NCBI GenBank assembly: GCA_026625185.1
Contig: CP113000.1
Span: 270,001-302,000, forward strand
Source of the DNA: Thermodesulfobacteriota bacterium
GTDB taxonomy: Bacteria > Desulfobacterota > WTBG01 > JAGOGO01
DNA: 32,000 nucleotides
Direction: 5' to 3'
The translations under genes were made by a program, and so were the position numbers. Below are positions 8,053-17,445 of this stretch, piece after piece; positions within the stretch are counted from its first letter, which is position 1, and every line of letters starts with the position of its first letter. Under the pieces are notes generated by a model. The model worked only from the letters and a program-made list of their open reading frames with translations, made no database searches and had not been told where the DNA came from.

Positions 8053-8157
8053 TAGATATCAAATATCTAACGGGGTAAAGAGGCACGGGGTAAAATAAAA
8101 GATACTTAAGCTTTTTCCACGGGGTAAATGCCCGGGTGAAAATCTTCTAACGGGGTT
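8053..8157 (-). repeat. Intergenic ~105-nt element, copy A (oriented toward lptF)
   Basis: The reverse complement aligns by hand to 30407-30513. Block 1 is AACCCCGTTAGAAGATTTTCACCC-GGGCATTTACC versus AACCCCGGTAGAAATATTCCACCCTGGGCATTTACC (~30/36). The terminal palindrome TAGATAT-TTG-ATATCTA is identical in both copies. Copy A contains four direct ACCCCGT repeats. Confidence 0.7.
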
Positions 8158-8241
8158 TACTTTCAAAGAGGCATAGTGATTTTATTTTATAATAAGATGA
8201 AATAAAAAAATTGAACCTGAATTTTATCAAAATAAGCTTAT

Positions 8242-8697
8242 ATGGCCAGAAAGAAAAAAATATGCCCCCATTGCGGGAAAGAATTGCTTGAATACCAAAA
8301 TCCTGTTCCTACCGTGGATATCATCATTGAGTTTGGGGCTCAAGGAATTATTTTAATAAAAAGGAAAAACTATCCCCAAGGATGGGCTCTCCCCGGGGGA
8401 TTCGTGGATTATGGCGAGACAGTTGAAGCGGCAGCAGCTCGCGAGGCAAAAGAAGAGACTTCTTTAGAGTTGGAATCTATGCGACAGTTTGGGGTATATT
8501 CTGACCCCACGCGGGATCCACGACGACACACACTCTCAATCGTTTTTATTGCCCAAGGCCGGGGAAACCCTCAACCGGCTGATGATGCGGAGGATTTAGG
8601 GATTTTCACCCCGGACAATCTTCCCCATCCGATAGTGTTTGATCATGATAAAATTCTTCAGGATTATTTTCGGATGAAAAAACGCACTAATAATTAA
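8242..8697 (+). CDS. Nudix hydrolase (ADP-ribose pyrophosphatase-like)
   Basis: 151 aa. Nudix box '[24 protein letters not shown]' (G-x5-E-x7-R-E-x2-E-E). N-terminal 'CPHCGK' half zinc-ribbon. Confidence 0.85.
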   Translation: MARKKKICPHCGKELLEYQNPVPTVDIIIEFGAQGIILIKRKNYPQGWALPGGFVDYGETVEAAAAREAKEETSLELESMRQFGVYSDPTRDPRRHTLSIVFIAQGRGNPQPADDAEDLGIFTPDNLPHPIVFDHDKILQDYFRMKKRTNN

Positions 8698-8890
8698 TTA
8701 TTTGATATTATAATGGTTTTAAACTTAAAAAAATGAAACCCTCAGGAAAGATAGCGATAAAGCAAAAAAAGCTTGCCAAAAAAATTTTTTATGGTAAAAA
8801 TTAAACCCTTTGGCAATAGTGGAAGATTCAATTGGTTTTGATGAAAACCAAAATAATTTTACTTATAATTTATATAGTTAAGGTGAAACA

Positions 8891-9082
8891 ATGGCAAGAA
8901 AGTGTGATATTTGCGGAAAAGGGCATCAAATTGGATATACAGTAAGCCACGCCCACAACAGGACCAAACATGTGTGGTATCCTAACCTCCAAAAAGTTCG
9001 AGTAGGCGAAAAAGGTTCGAGGCGGCGAATGAAGGTCTGTACCCAATGCCTTCGCTCCGGCGTCTTGAACAAAGCCTCTTAG
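8891..9082 (+). CDS. rpmB: 50S ribosomal protein L28 (four-Cys, zinc-ribbon form)
   Basis: 63 aa '[38 protein letters not shown]...CTQCLR'. SD AAGGTGA upstream. Confidence 0.95.
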   Translation: MARKCDICGKGHQIGYTVSHAHNRTKHVWYPNLQKVRVGEKGSRRRMKVCTQCLRSGVLNKAS

Positions 9083-9096
9083 GCTTTTCTTCCTTT
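9071..9096 (+). terminator. Weak hairpin between convergent rpmB and relA
   Basis: AAAGCC-tctta-GGCTTT (6-bp stem, 9071-9076/9082-9087) overlaps the rpmB stop and is followed by TCTTCCTTT. The stops of the two convergent genes are only 12 nt apart. Confidence 0.3.
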
Positions 9097-11329
9097 ACAT
9101 CTTTATCCTGCTTACTTCAATAACCCCTTTAATTTTTTTGATATGGTTAATAATACTTTCCAGATGGGTAAGGTCCTTTACTTCTAACTCGAAAGTGCTG
9201 ACACCTTGCTGCGTTCCGGTCGTAATGACATTTGCCTTTTTGATGTTGCTTTTAAGTTTTGTAATCGCCCCAGTAAGTTCAGAAAGTAAGCCGGGTTTAT
9301 CCTGCGATAAAATTTTAATTTTTACCGATCGGCTCAATTCTTTAGTACGGTCCCAACTCACCTCGACCCGTCTTTCCTTACTTGTTTCAAGGAGACGAGG
9401 ACACATCTCCAGATGAATCGTTACCCCTCGACCTTTCGTGATATACCCAATAATTTTATCTCCCGGAAGCGGGCTGCAACATTTTGCAAAATTTATCAAA
9501 ATGTGGTCAAGGCCTTTTACGTGTACTCCACTTGAAGAATCAGCTGACTTTGGTTTTGATTCGCTTTTTTTGGAAATGATTTTTAGTTTTTTATCCAGTT
9601 CTTCCGGCGGGATTAATTTTTGGATAACGTGACTGATTTGGATTTTTCCATGCCCTATGGCAATCAAAAAGTCCTGCAGATTATTGAAACCAATATCCTC
9701 CATCACCTTGCCAATTTTTCCTGACTTCAAAAGATGGGTGAAATTGAGGTGATACCGTTTAAACTCACGTTCACACGCTTCTCGTCCTGTCTGAATGTCG
9801 TCTTCACGTTCGGTAAGCCGTATCCACTGTCGTATCTTGGTGCGGGCGTGAGAGGTTTTTACGATTTTCAACCAGTCTTTACCTGGCTTTTGATTTTTTG
9901 AGGTAATTATCTCAATAGTGTCACCATTCTTCAATTCATACGCCAAAGGGACCATTCGGCCGTTAGCACGGGCTCCTATGCATTGATGACCGACATTCGT
10001 GTGGATAGCATAGGCAAAATCAATCGGGGTTGCTCCCTTCGGAAAAGACCTTACGTCTCCATGGGGAGTAAATACATAGACCTCTTGAGGAAAAAGGTCA
10101 ATACGAAAAGTTTCCAAAAATTCTCCCGGGTCCTTGAGCTCTTGCTGCCATTCTAACATCTGGCGAAGCCAGGAGAAAAGCTGATTATATTGTTTGTCAA
10201 CTTCTTTTCCGCTTTCTTTATAACGCCAATGGGCAGCGATTCCTTCCTCGGCTATCTTATGCATGTCCGAGGTTCTGATCTGAATCTCCATCCTTTCCCC
10301 ATAAGGGCCAATCACCGTCGTATGAAGGGATTGGTACATATTGGCCTTTGGCATCGCAATAAAATCCTTAAACCGGCCGGGCACCGGTGTCCACAGTGAG
10401 TGGATAATTCCGAGGGCGGCATAACAGTCCTTGATTGAATTCACGATAATTCTAAAAGCGATAAGATCATAAACTTGATCAAAATCAATTTTTTGACGGA
10501 GCATCTTTTGGTAAATACTGTAATAGTGTTTTAACCGTCCAACGACCTCGTGATAAATATTGAACTGCTCCAGCTTCTCCGAAATTATTTTTTTTACTTT
10601 TTGGACATACTGATTGCGTTCCTTTTTTTTGGACCTGATCATTTCGTCGAGGTAATGAAACTCTTTGGGGTGGAGAAACTTAAGAGACAGGTCTTCGAGT
10701 TCGGTTTTGATCCAATCAATTCCTAAACGGTTTGCGATGGAAGAATAAATATCAAGGGTTTCCTGGGCGATGGTACTTTGTTTTTCCGAAGATAAAAATT
10801 CTAAGGTCCTCATATTGTGGATGCGATCAGCGAGCTTGATAAGAATCACGCGGATATCCTGGGCCATTGCCAGGATCATTTTGCGAAAATTTTCCGCTTG
10901 TTGTTCCTCGGTGCTGCTAAAATTGATTTTACTGATTTTTGTTAATCCATCTGCAAGGGAAGCGACGTGAGGGCCGAAGAGATCACGGATTGTTTCGAGG
11001 CTCGTCGAGGTGTCCTCCATCGTATCATGAAGAATCCCGGTGACAACACAGAGATCATCCATTTTCATTTTGGTAAGAATGTAAGCAACGTGTAAGGGAT
11101 GGGTAAGGTATGGCTCTCCAGAGAGCCGAATCTGTCCCTGATGAGCCTTGGCCGAGAAAATATAGGCTTTTTCAATCAGGGCAGTATCAGCATGGGGATA
11201 GTAGGATTGCAGACTTTCAATGATGTCGTTGATGCGGACAATATGGGGGTCTTGGTGAGGATCATCTTTTTGAATATCCCACAGTTTATCCTGATCAGAT
11301 TTTTGTGATGGAAGGGGTAAGGAGTCCAT
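9095..11329 (-). CDS. relA: Bifunctional (p)ppGpp synthetase/hydrolase (RelA/SpoT family)
   Basis: 744 aa. HD hydrolase motifs ('HPLHVAYIL', 'GILHDTMEDT'), a synthetase domain ('YQSLHTTV', 'EIQIRT..MH'), a TGS region ('VFTPHGDV..P.GATPIDFAYAIH') and a C-terminal ACT-like domain. Confidence 0.95.
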   Translation of the reverse strand: MDSLPLPSQKSDQDKLWDIQKDDPHQDPHIVRINDIIESLQSYYPHADTALIEKAYIFSAKAHQGQIRLSGEPYLTHPLHVAYILTKMKMDDLCVVTGILHDTMEDTSTSLETIRDLFGPHVASLADGLTKISKINFSSTEEQQAENFRKMILAMAQDIRVILIKLADRIHNMRTLEFLSSEKQSTIAQETLDIYSSIANRLGIDWIKTELEDLSLKFLHPKEFHYLDEMIRSKKKERNQYVQKVKKIISEKLEQFNIYHEVVGRLKHYYSIYQKMLRQKIDFDQVYDLIAFRIIVNSIKDCYAALGIIHSLWTPVPGRFKDFIAMPKANMYQSLHTTVIGPYGERMEIQIRTSDMHKIAEEGIAAHWRYKESGKEVDKQYNQLFSWLRQMLEWQQELKDPGEFLETFRIDLFPQEVYVFTPHGDVRSFPKGATPIDFAYAIHTNVGHQCIGARANGRMVPLAYELKNGDTIEIITSKNQKPGKDWLKIVKTSHARTKIRQWIRLTEREDDIQTGREACEREFKRYHLNFTHLLKSGKIGKVMEDIGFNNLQDFLIAIGHGKIQISHVIQKLIPPEELDKKLKIISKKSESKPKSADSSSGVHVKGLDHILINFAKCCSPLPGDKIIGYITKGRGVTIHLEMCPRLLETSKERRVEVSWDRTKELSRSVKIKILSQDKPGLLSELTGAITKLKSNIKKANVITTGTQQGVSTFELEVKDLTHLESIINHIKKIKGVIEVSRIKM

Positions 11330-11360
11330 TTATGTTATTCGTATTCCGTATGAAATCTTT

Positions 11361-13073
11361 CTAACGGGGTTTGCCGAAAAAGTGATCGTTGACATAACCG
11401 ATTGTTTCCTCTACGTTAACCAAATCAACTTTTCCGGTCTTTCGATTTCTTATCTCTACCTTGCCCTCCTCGAACGTGCGCCGGCCAAGGGTGATACGGA
11501 GGGGTATCCCGATTAAATCAGCATCTTTAAATTTTATCCCCGGCCGTTCATCGCGGTCATCCATAAGAGCTTCAATGCCGTCTGATTGAAGTGCGTTATA
11601 TATCTTAAAGGCAGTTTCACAGACTTTCGGTTCGTTAATGTTTACGGGAAGGATCAGCGCCTGATAGGGAGCTAAGGTAGGCGGGAAGATAATGCCGTCT
11701 TTATCGTGGTGCTGCTCAATCGCGGCCGCAATTGTTCTTCCCACGCCGATTCCGTAACACCCCATCACGATCCGTTTTTCTTTGCCTGCCTGATCTAAAT
11801 AGGTTGCATGAAGGGTTTCACTGTATTTGGTCCCGAGTTTGAAGATGTGTCCGACTTCAATCCCCTTTCTCATTTTTAACGGCTTTCCGCACCGGGCACA
11901 AGGGTCATTGACTTCCGCCTTGCGCAAATCAGCATAAAGAGTCACCTGATAGTCTCGCGGGGTATTGACATTTTTGAAATGCACATCATTTTCATTTCCT
12001 CCGGCAACCATGTTGACAACTCCTTTTAAGGCATGGTCAGCATAGATCGGTATCGTTAAACCGACCGGACCGGCGAACCCTCGAGGAGCATGTGTCACCT
12101 TTTCTACTAACGAATCATCGGCAAGAACCAACTCTTCGCATCCCACGTAATTTTTAAGTTTTATCTCGTTAATCTCATGATTTCCTCGCACCAGCGCGGC
12201 AACGGGTCCTTTATCGGTGGAGAAAATAAGCGTTTTAATAAGATGCTCAGGTGATACGCCCAGGAATCCGGTTACCTCTTCAACTGTTTTTTGTCCGGGC
12301 GTGGATACTTTGTCTGGGGGTTTTTGGTTTTCTGGTGACGGAGAATTTTCCGGGGGTTTGATTTCAGCTTTCTCCAAATTTGCAGCATATCCGCAGGATT
12401 CGCAATAAACGATGATATCTTCACCCGAATCGGCTAAGACCATAAACTCATGGGAAAAGCTTCCGCCGATAGCACCCGTATCTGCCTCTACTGCCCTGAA
12501 GTCCAAGCCGCATCGCTCAAAGATTCTCGAATAAGCCTGGTACATTTTGTGATAGCTTTCCTCCGCACCCGCCTCGTCACGGTCAAAGCTGTATGCGTCT
12601 TTCATAACAAATTCCCGGGCGCGCATCACCCCGAATCGAGGTCGGATTTCATCTCGGAATTTAGTCTGAATTTGATACAGGATTAACGGAAGATGGCGAT
12701 AGGACTTAACGTTCCTTCGAACAAGATCAGTAATGACCTCTTCATGTGTGGGGCCTAAACAAAAATCACGTTCACTTCGGTCTTGAAATCTGAGGAGTTC
12801 CTTACCATAAAAGTGCCAGCGGCCGCTTTCCTGCCAAAGCTCAGCGGGCTGTACACCGGGAAGGGTTACTTCCTGGCTGTCGATCCGGTTCATCTCTTCC
12901 CGGATTATGGTTTTAAGTTTCTGGAAAACCCGCTGGGCTAAAGGAAGATAGGAATAAATTCCCGCGGCTACCTTCCTGATCATGCCAGCCCGGAGCATAA
13001 GTTGATGGCTTATCACTTCCGCATCCGCCGGGGTTTCTCTCAATGTCGGTATCAACGCTTTAGAAAATAGCAT
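11361..13073 (-). CDS. proS: Proline--tRNA ligase (bacterial type with INS editing domain)
   Basis: 570 aa. 'LIPTLRETPADAEVISHQLMLRAGMIRKVAAGIYSYLPL', class II motifs ('RPRFGVMRAREFVMKDAYSF', 'GCYGIGVGR') and an internal editing insert. Confidence 0.95.
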   Translation of the reverse strand: MLFSKALIPTLRETPADAEVISHQLMLRAGMIRKVAAGIYSYLPLAQRVFQKLKTIIREEMNRIDSQEVTLPGVQPAELWQESGRWHFYGKELLRFQDRSERDFCLGPTHEEVITDLVRRNVKSYRHLPLILYQIQTKFRDEIRPRFGVMRAREFVMKDAYSFDRDEAGAEESYHKMYQAYSRIFERCGLDFRAVEADTGAIGGSFSHEFMVLADSGEDIIVYCESCGYAANLEKAEIKPPENSPSPENQKPPDKVSTPGQKTVEEVTGFLGVSPEHLIKTLIFSTDKGPVAALVRGNHEINEIKLKNYVGCEELVLADDSLVEKVTHAPRGFAGPVGLTIPIYADHALKGVVNMVAGGNENDVHFKNVNTPRDYQVTLYADLRKAEVNDPCARCGKPLKMRKGIEVGHIFKLGTKYSETLHATYLDQAGKEKRIVMGCYGIGVGRTIAAAIEQHHDKDGIIFPPTLAPYQALILPVNINEPKVCETAFKIYNALQSDGIEALMDDRDERPGIKFKDADLIGIPLRITLGRRTFEEGKVEIRNRKTGKVDLVNVEETIGYVNDHFFGKPR

Positions 13074-13269
13074 TTATTTTGTCTCCTTTTTCGGTTCCAT
13101 GTTTCTTATCCCTTTATAGGTCCTTGCTCGGGGAAGACGATTCGAAATCAACAAGAGGTAATCCCTCAAGGTTACTTCCTCTTTAAAATTCTTGATAGAG
13201 AAAAAATTCTACTTGGCACGATGGTAACAACTTAGGTTGTGTGTAACAAAAAACAGAAAAATGAGTCAC

Positions 13270-14319
13270 TTAAAAATTGTTAATCTCTTCAATGAGCCGG
13301 TCTACAAGATTTTGTGTGGGTACTTTGCCGAGAGGTTTCCCTTTTTTAAAAAGCAAACCTGATTTTTTTCCTCCGGCAATCCCGATATCCGCCTCCCGGG
13401 CCTCTCCCGGACCATTAACCACGCAACCCATGACCGCGACAGTGAGGGGCTTTTTTAGATGAGAAATTCGATTTTCTAATTCTTTAACGATTTCTTCGAT
13501 ATTTACCTCACAGCGCCCGCAGGCAGGGCAGGAGATGATCTCCGGACCAAAACGTCGTAACTTTAATGCCTGTAAAATAGCATAACCAACTTTCACTTCC
13601 TCAATCGGAGGCGCGGTAAGTGAGACCCGGATGGTGTCGCCAATCCCCTCAGCCAAAAGAATACCCATTCCCAATGAAGATTTAATCGCGCCCCTGAGCA
13701 AGGGACCGGCTTCGGTAATACCAACGTGCAGGGGATAATGAGTTTTGGAAGCAATCAGGCGATACGCTTTTACGGTCGAAAGCACGTCAGAAGCCTTAAG
13801 GGAGACTTTGATAAGATCAAAGTCAAAACTTTCCAGGAGCTTAATGTTGCGAAGGGCGCTGGCGACTAACGCCGGGGGAGTAGGGTGACCATATTTTTTT
13901 AACAGGTCTTTTTCCAGTGACCCGGCGTTAACTCCAATGCGGATAGGGATTGAACGGCTGGAAGCTTTTTTTACAACTTCCGCAACCTTCTTTTTTTCTC
14001 CGATATTACCGGGATTTATTCTGAGGCCATCAACCCCGCCATCAATGGCCATCAGGGCGAGTTTATGGTTAAAATGAATATCGGCAATGAGAGGGATGGC
14101 CATACGGTTTTTTATTTTTTCTAATTGATGAGCAGCGTTTTCATCCGGCACAGCGACCCGTATTATCTCACAACCGGCTTCTTCCAGTTCATGGATCTGG
14201 CTAATGGTTGCAGCTCCGTCCCGGGTGTCGGTTTTGGTCATGGATTGGACCGAGATCGGCGCCCGTCCACCAACTTTTATGTTGCCTATCGCAATGCTTT
14301 TAGTCGGATGTCGTTTCAT
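13270..14319 (-). CDS. ispG: 4-hydroxy-3-methylbut-2-en-1-yl diphosphate synthase (flavodoxin)
   Basis: 349 aa. 'PISVQSMTKTDTRD', 'RVAVPD', 'IPLIADIHF', and the C-terminal Fe-S ligand context 'ISCPACGRC...GCVVNGPGE'. Confidence 0.95.
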   Translation of the reverse strand: MKRHPTKSIAIGNIKVGGRAPISVQSMTKTDTRDGAATISQIHELEEAGCEIIRVAVPDENAAHQLEKIKNRMAIPLIADIHFNHKLALMAIDGGVDGLRINPGNIGEKKKVAEVVKKASSRSIPIRIGVNAGSLEKDLLKKYGHPTPPALVASALRNIKLLESFDFDLIKVSLKASDVLSTVKAYRLIASKTHYPLHVGITEAGPLLRGAIKSSLGMGILLAEGIGDTIRVSLTAPPIEEVKVGYAILQALKLRRFGPEIISCPACGRCEVNIEEIVKELENRISHLKKPLTVAVMGCVVNGPGEAREADIGIAGGKKSGLLFKKGKPLGKVPTQNLVDRLIEEINNF

Positions 14320-15235
14320 GACCAGGAAGGTTTAAACTTCCAACAAGTTGGTTTATATCGTCAATATGTTTAGCCTTAAGATACTCCTTAATGCCGTGAA
14401 TGATTTCCCTACATGTAGTGGGATTAATAAAATTGGCCGTTCCCACTTGAACTGCCTGTGCTCCGGCAATCATGAATTCGAGAGCATCACGGTAAGAAGC
14501 GATTCCTCCTAATCCCACAACCGGGATTGAAACTTTTTGAGCTACTTCCCACACCATCCGGAGAGCAATAGGTTTAATCGCCGGCCCGGAGAGACCTCCG
14601 GTTATTGTTGAAAGCAAGGGAGCGGCAGTGTCAACATCAATTGCCAGGCCCAAAAAAGTATTCACCAGGGATATGCTTTCGGCTCCTTCTCCTTCAACTC
14701 TTTTGGCAACGTCGGCAATATCAGAAGCCTGAGGAGTAAGCTTTATCATAAGGGGTAAGGAGGTTGCCTTGCGAATCCGCTTTGTTAAAAGGCCGGCCTG
14801 TTTGGGTTCTTTGCCAAAGGCCATCCCGCCTTTTTTAATGTTGGGGCAGGAGATGTTAACTTCGAGTCCCGCTATCCCCTCAGCCTCGGACAAGCGTCGC
14901 GCTATCCTTACGTACTCTTCGATAGTGTGCCCGAAAATATTAACGAAAACAGCCACATCATGGTTGCGCAAAAGCGGGAGCTTCTCCTTGATAAAAGCAT
15001 CTACTCCGATATTTTGCAGTCCGATGGAATTAAGCATGCCTCCGGTGGTTTCTATGATGCGGGGAGGAGGATTTCCCGGATAAGGGTTTAATGATAATCC
15101 TTTAACCACGATTCCCCCCAGATCATTTAAATCCAACAACGGAGAAAACTCCAGGCCGTATCCAAACGTTCCGGATGCAGCAATAACCGGATTTTTGAGA
15201 GGTATGCCGCCAATGTTGACTGCTGTGTTTACCAT
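14300..15235 (-). CDS. pyrD: Dihydroorotate dehydrogenase, class 1B catalytic subunit
   Basis: 311 aa. 'LKNPVIAASGTFGYG', active-site 'NISCPN', 'GGLSGPAIKPIALR', 'GGIASYRDALEF'. ATGGTAA overlap with the pyrK stop. The 3' end overlaps the ispG start by 20 nt. Confidence 0.95.
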   Translation of the reverse strand: MVNTAVNIGGIPLKNPVIAASGTFGYGLEFSPLLDLNDLGGIVVKGLSLNPYPGNPPPRIIETTGGMLNSIGLQNIGVDAFIKEKLPLLRNHDVAVFVNIFGHTIEEYVRIARRLSEAEGIAGLEVNISCPNIKKGGMAFGKEPKQAGLLTKRIRKATSLPLMIKLTPQASDIADVAKRVEGEGAESISLVNTFLGLAIDVDTAAPLLSTITGGLSGPAIKPIALRMVWEVAQKVSIPVVGLGGIASYRDALEFMIAGAQAVQVGTANFINPTTCREIIHGIKEYLKAKHIDDINQLVGSLNLPGHETTSD

Positions 15236-16047
15236 TGTATTTCCTGAGCATCAAAAACCGGACCCTCGAGGCAAACCCGCCCGTATTTTTTTTGATCCTG
15301 ATCGTGATGGGTTTGCTGCTTCAGTTTAACCGCACAGCCAAGACACACTCCAATGCCGCAGGCCATCCGGGACTCTAAAGACACCTGACAGGGTAATTGG
15401 TAGATAAAGCTTAGTCTTGCCGTCTCAGCTAACATTGGACGAGGGCCACAAGCAAAACACACCGTATGATTATCAGCCTTAAAAGCATGATTATCTAAAA
15501 AACGGTGAAAAAGCTCAGTTACTAAACCATTATATCCGCTGCTTCCGTCTTCAGTTGCACAATGCACGGGGATATCCATTCTCTGGAATTCCGTTAGGAA
15601 GAGCAGTTGCGAAGTAGACTTTGCTCCCACGAAAATCTGGATATTTTTTATGCCCGATTTCGCCAAAGAGTAAATCAATCCTCGAAGAGGGACAATGCCC
15701 ATGCCTCCAGCCACAATCAATGCAGTGCTCAGCGTGTCAGAAAACTTAAATCCTTTTCCTAATGGCCCCAATAACCTCAATTCAGCACCAGGGAGCATGT
15801 GAGACATTATGTGAGTGCCGTAACCAATAACCCGGTAAAAAATTTCTAAAAAAAAACCTTCAGGAGTTTTAAACCTATGCGTTGCGAAAGGGCGGCGAAG
15901 AAGTGGATCATAACTCATCCCAAGTCTGAGCATAATAAACTGTCCCGGCTTAATAATAAAATTATCTAAAGGGCCGGACAAAACCATGCGAAAACAAGCA
16001 GGGGCCACCTCTTGATTGAAAACGATTTTAGTTTTACTATCCTTCAT
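15229..16047 (-). CDS. pyrK: Dihydroorotate dehydrogenase electron-transfer subunit (FAD / 2Fe-2S)
   Basis: Ferredoxin-reductase-like fold with 'RRPFA' and a C-terminal cluster 'CGIGVCLGCAV...RVCLEGPVF'. I prefer ATG 16047 (MKDSKTKIV...). The track's longer ORF starts at TTG 16119 and would overlap the upstream EIIA gene by 47 nt. Confidence 0.85.
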   Translation of the reverse strand: MKDSKTKIVFNQEVAPACFRMVLSGPLDNFIIKPGQFIMLRLGMSYDPLLRRPFATHRFKTPEGFFLEIFYRVIGYGTHIMSHMLPGAELRLLGPLGKGFKFSDTLSTALIVAGGMGIVPLRGLIYSLAKSGIKNIQIFVGAKSTSQLLFLTEFQRMDIPVHCATEDGSSGYNGLVTELFHRFLDNHAFKADNHTVCFACGPRPMLAETARLSFIYQLPCQVSLESRMACGIGVCLGCAVKLKQQTHHDQDQKKYGRVCLEGPVFDAQEIQW

Positions 16048-16072
16048 GGATTCGATGCGAAACTGGTTTGAG

Positions 16073-16498
16073 TCAATTTTTTGTATTACTTGATTTTTTA
16101 TTAAGTACTTCACTGGCAAGACAAATATTTTTTTGTCCCAATGTTTGTATGTATTGGGCTAAATCGTTCAAAGACCTTCCGTTGGTCTGAATATCCAAAA
16201 CTTCGATGAGCATGGGAAGGTTAAGCCCGGTTAGCACTTCTACTTTTCCTTCTTTGAGAAACGCCAGACTCATATTACACGGTGTTCCACCAAACATGTC
16301 GGTAAAAATTAAAACACCTTCTTTTTCATCAACTTTCTTGATCGCTTTAATGATTTCCTGTTTGGATTCATTTACATCTTTCCCAGGATCAATCGAAACG
16401 GTTACGGTGTTTTTTGGTTTTTTCCTGACAATTTTCTCAGCTGCGTCAAGAAATTTTTCCGCTAAACCAAAATGGGCAACAATAACTATTCCAATCAT
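16073..16498 (-). CDS. PTS EIIA component, mannose/fructose (EIIA-Man) family
   Basis: 'MIGIVIVAHFGLAEKF' with the conserved His. I prefer ATG 16498, preceded by AAAGAGGTG with 6-nt spacing. The track start at 16507 is GTG. Confidence 0.85.
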   Translation of the reverse strand: MIGIVIVAHFGLAEKFLDAAEKIVRKKPKNTVTVSIDPGKDVNESKQEIIKAIKKVDEKEGVLIFTDMFGGTPCNMSLAFLKEGKVEVLTGLNLPMLIEVLDIQTNGRSLNDLAQYIQTLGQKNICLASEVLNKKSSNTKN

Positions 16499-16516
16499 GT
16501 TTGGCACCTCTTTCTT

Positions 16517-17392
16517 TTAAACTTTATCCACGTCTCGATGACGGACATGAACTGAGTAAATATTTTCATCAAAAAAGATTTTTAATAGGTTAACGATACT
16601 GACGGAGCGATGGCGTCCGCCGGTGCAACCAATGGCGATAGTAAGGTTTGATTTACCCTCCTTTTCATAGAGTGGGATCAAGAAGTTCAGCAGTTCCTCA
16701 AACTTTTTTAGAAAAAGTTTTGTTTCTTGTTTTTCGAAGACGAAATTTTTCACTTTTTCATCGTTTCCGGATAAGGGGCGCAGTTCGTCCATGAAATAAG
16801 GATTGGGAATAAAACGGACATCAATCACAATATCCGCTTCATACGGAATGCCAAACCGATAGCCAAAGGAAACCACGTGAATGGTTAGGCGCGATTTATT
16901 TGTGGGCGTCTGAAAAGCCGCGAAGATCTTTTTTTGCAGGTCATGTACCGTGTACTCTGAGGTGTCAATAATTATAGAAGCAGTTTTCCTTAATTCCGAT
17001 AAGCGATCTCTTTCCAGTTTTATCCTGTCCGGTATAGAGCCTTCGATGTCAAGGGGATGCTGGCGCCTGGTCTCGCTAAAACGGCGCACTAAAGCCGCAT
17101 CGGATGATTCCAAGAAAACAACCTCAGGAGTATACCCGTGCGAACGAAGCTCTTTAAAGATTCCGGGATATTCGTTAAGGAATTCTCTTTCTCGGATATC
17201 CATTCCGAGACCGATTTTACTGATTTTTTCCCACGTAAAACCTTCACACAATTCGATAAACCGCGGGAAAAGGATAGGGGGCAGGTTATCCACGCAGTAA
17301 AACCCAAGGTCTTCTAAAGCTTTTAAAACCGTGGTCTTGCCTGAGCCTGAAAGACCGGTAACAATAACGATTCTTATATATTTTGCCGTCAT
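16517..17392 (-). CDS. rapZ: RNase adapter protein RapZ (YhbJ family P-loop NTPase)
   Basis: 291 aa. Walker A 'GLSGSGKTT' and the conserved C-terminal 'IAIGCTGGRHRSV'. Confidence 0.9.
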   Translation of the reverse strand: MTAKYIRIVIVTGLSGSGKTTVLKALEDLGFYCVDNLPPILFPRFIELCEGFTWEKISKIGLGMDIREREFLNEYPGIFKELRSHGYTPEVVFLESSDAALVRRFSETRRQHPLDIEGSIPDRIKLERDRLSELRKTASIIIDTSEYTVHDLQKKIFAAFQTPTNKSRLTIHVVSFGYRFGIPYEADIVIDVRFIPNPYFMDELRPLSGNDEKVKNFVFEKQETKLFLKKFEELLNFLIPLYEKEGKSNLTIAIGCTGGRHRSVSIVNLLKIFFDENIYSVHVRHRDVDKV

Positions 17393-17445
17393 AATATTTT
17401 TGCAAACCCAGTTTTTAAATTCTAACCCTCACTCCAACGGTGCAC

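Noticed and set aside
8070-8156. Four ACGGGGT repeats considered as a mini CRISPR or other spaced-repeat array
   Set aside because: The repeat unit is only 7-9 nt and the spacing is irregular (15, 34, 31 nt). The whole block is itself one copy of the ~105-nt element. This is not CRISPR-like.
8733-8804. 23-aa basic small ORF (MKPSGKIAIKQKKLAKKIFYGKN) upstream of rpmB
   Set aside because: It has no SD and lies in an A-rich spacer where Lys codons arise trivially. It overlaps a weak promoter-like TTGCCA..TAAAAA stretch that I considered for rpmB but did not list as a feature.
13214-13230. TTGGCACGATGGTAACA, resembling a sigma-54 -24 element (TGGCAC) near rpoN-regulated-looking territory
   Set aside because: There is no TTGC -12 element at the correct 5-nt spacing. 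It is also on the plus strand, whereas both flanking genes (ispG, proS) are on the minus strand. Other TGGCA occurrences checked in the window also lack a -12 element.
16048-16119. N-terminal 24-aa extension of pyrK from a TTG start
   Set aside because: It would overlap the EIIA(Man) gene by 47 nt. The ATG at 16047 gives an N-terminus typical for PyrK. It is kept only as an alternative start.
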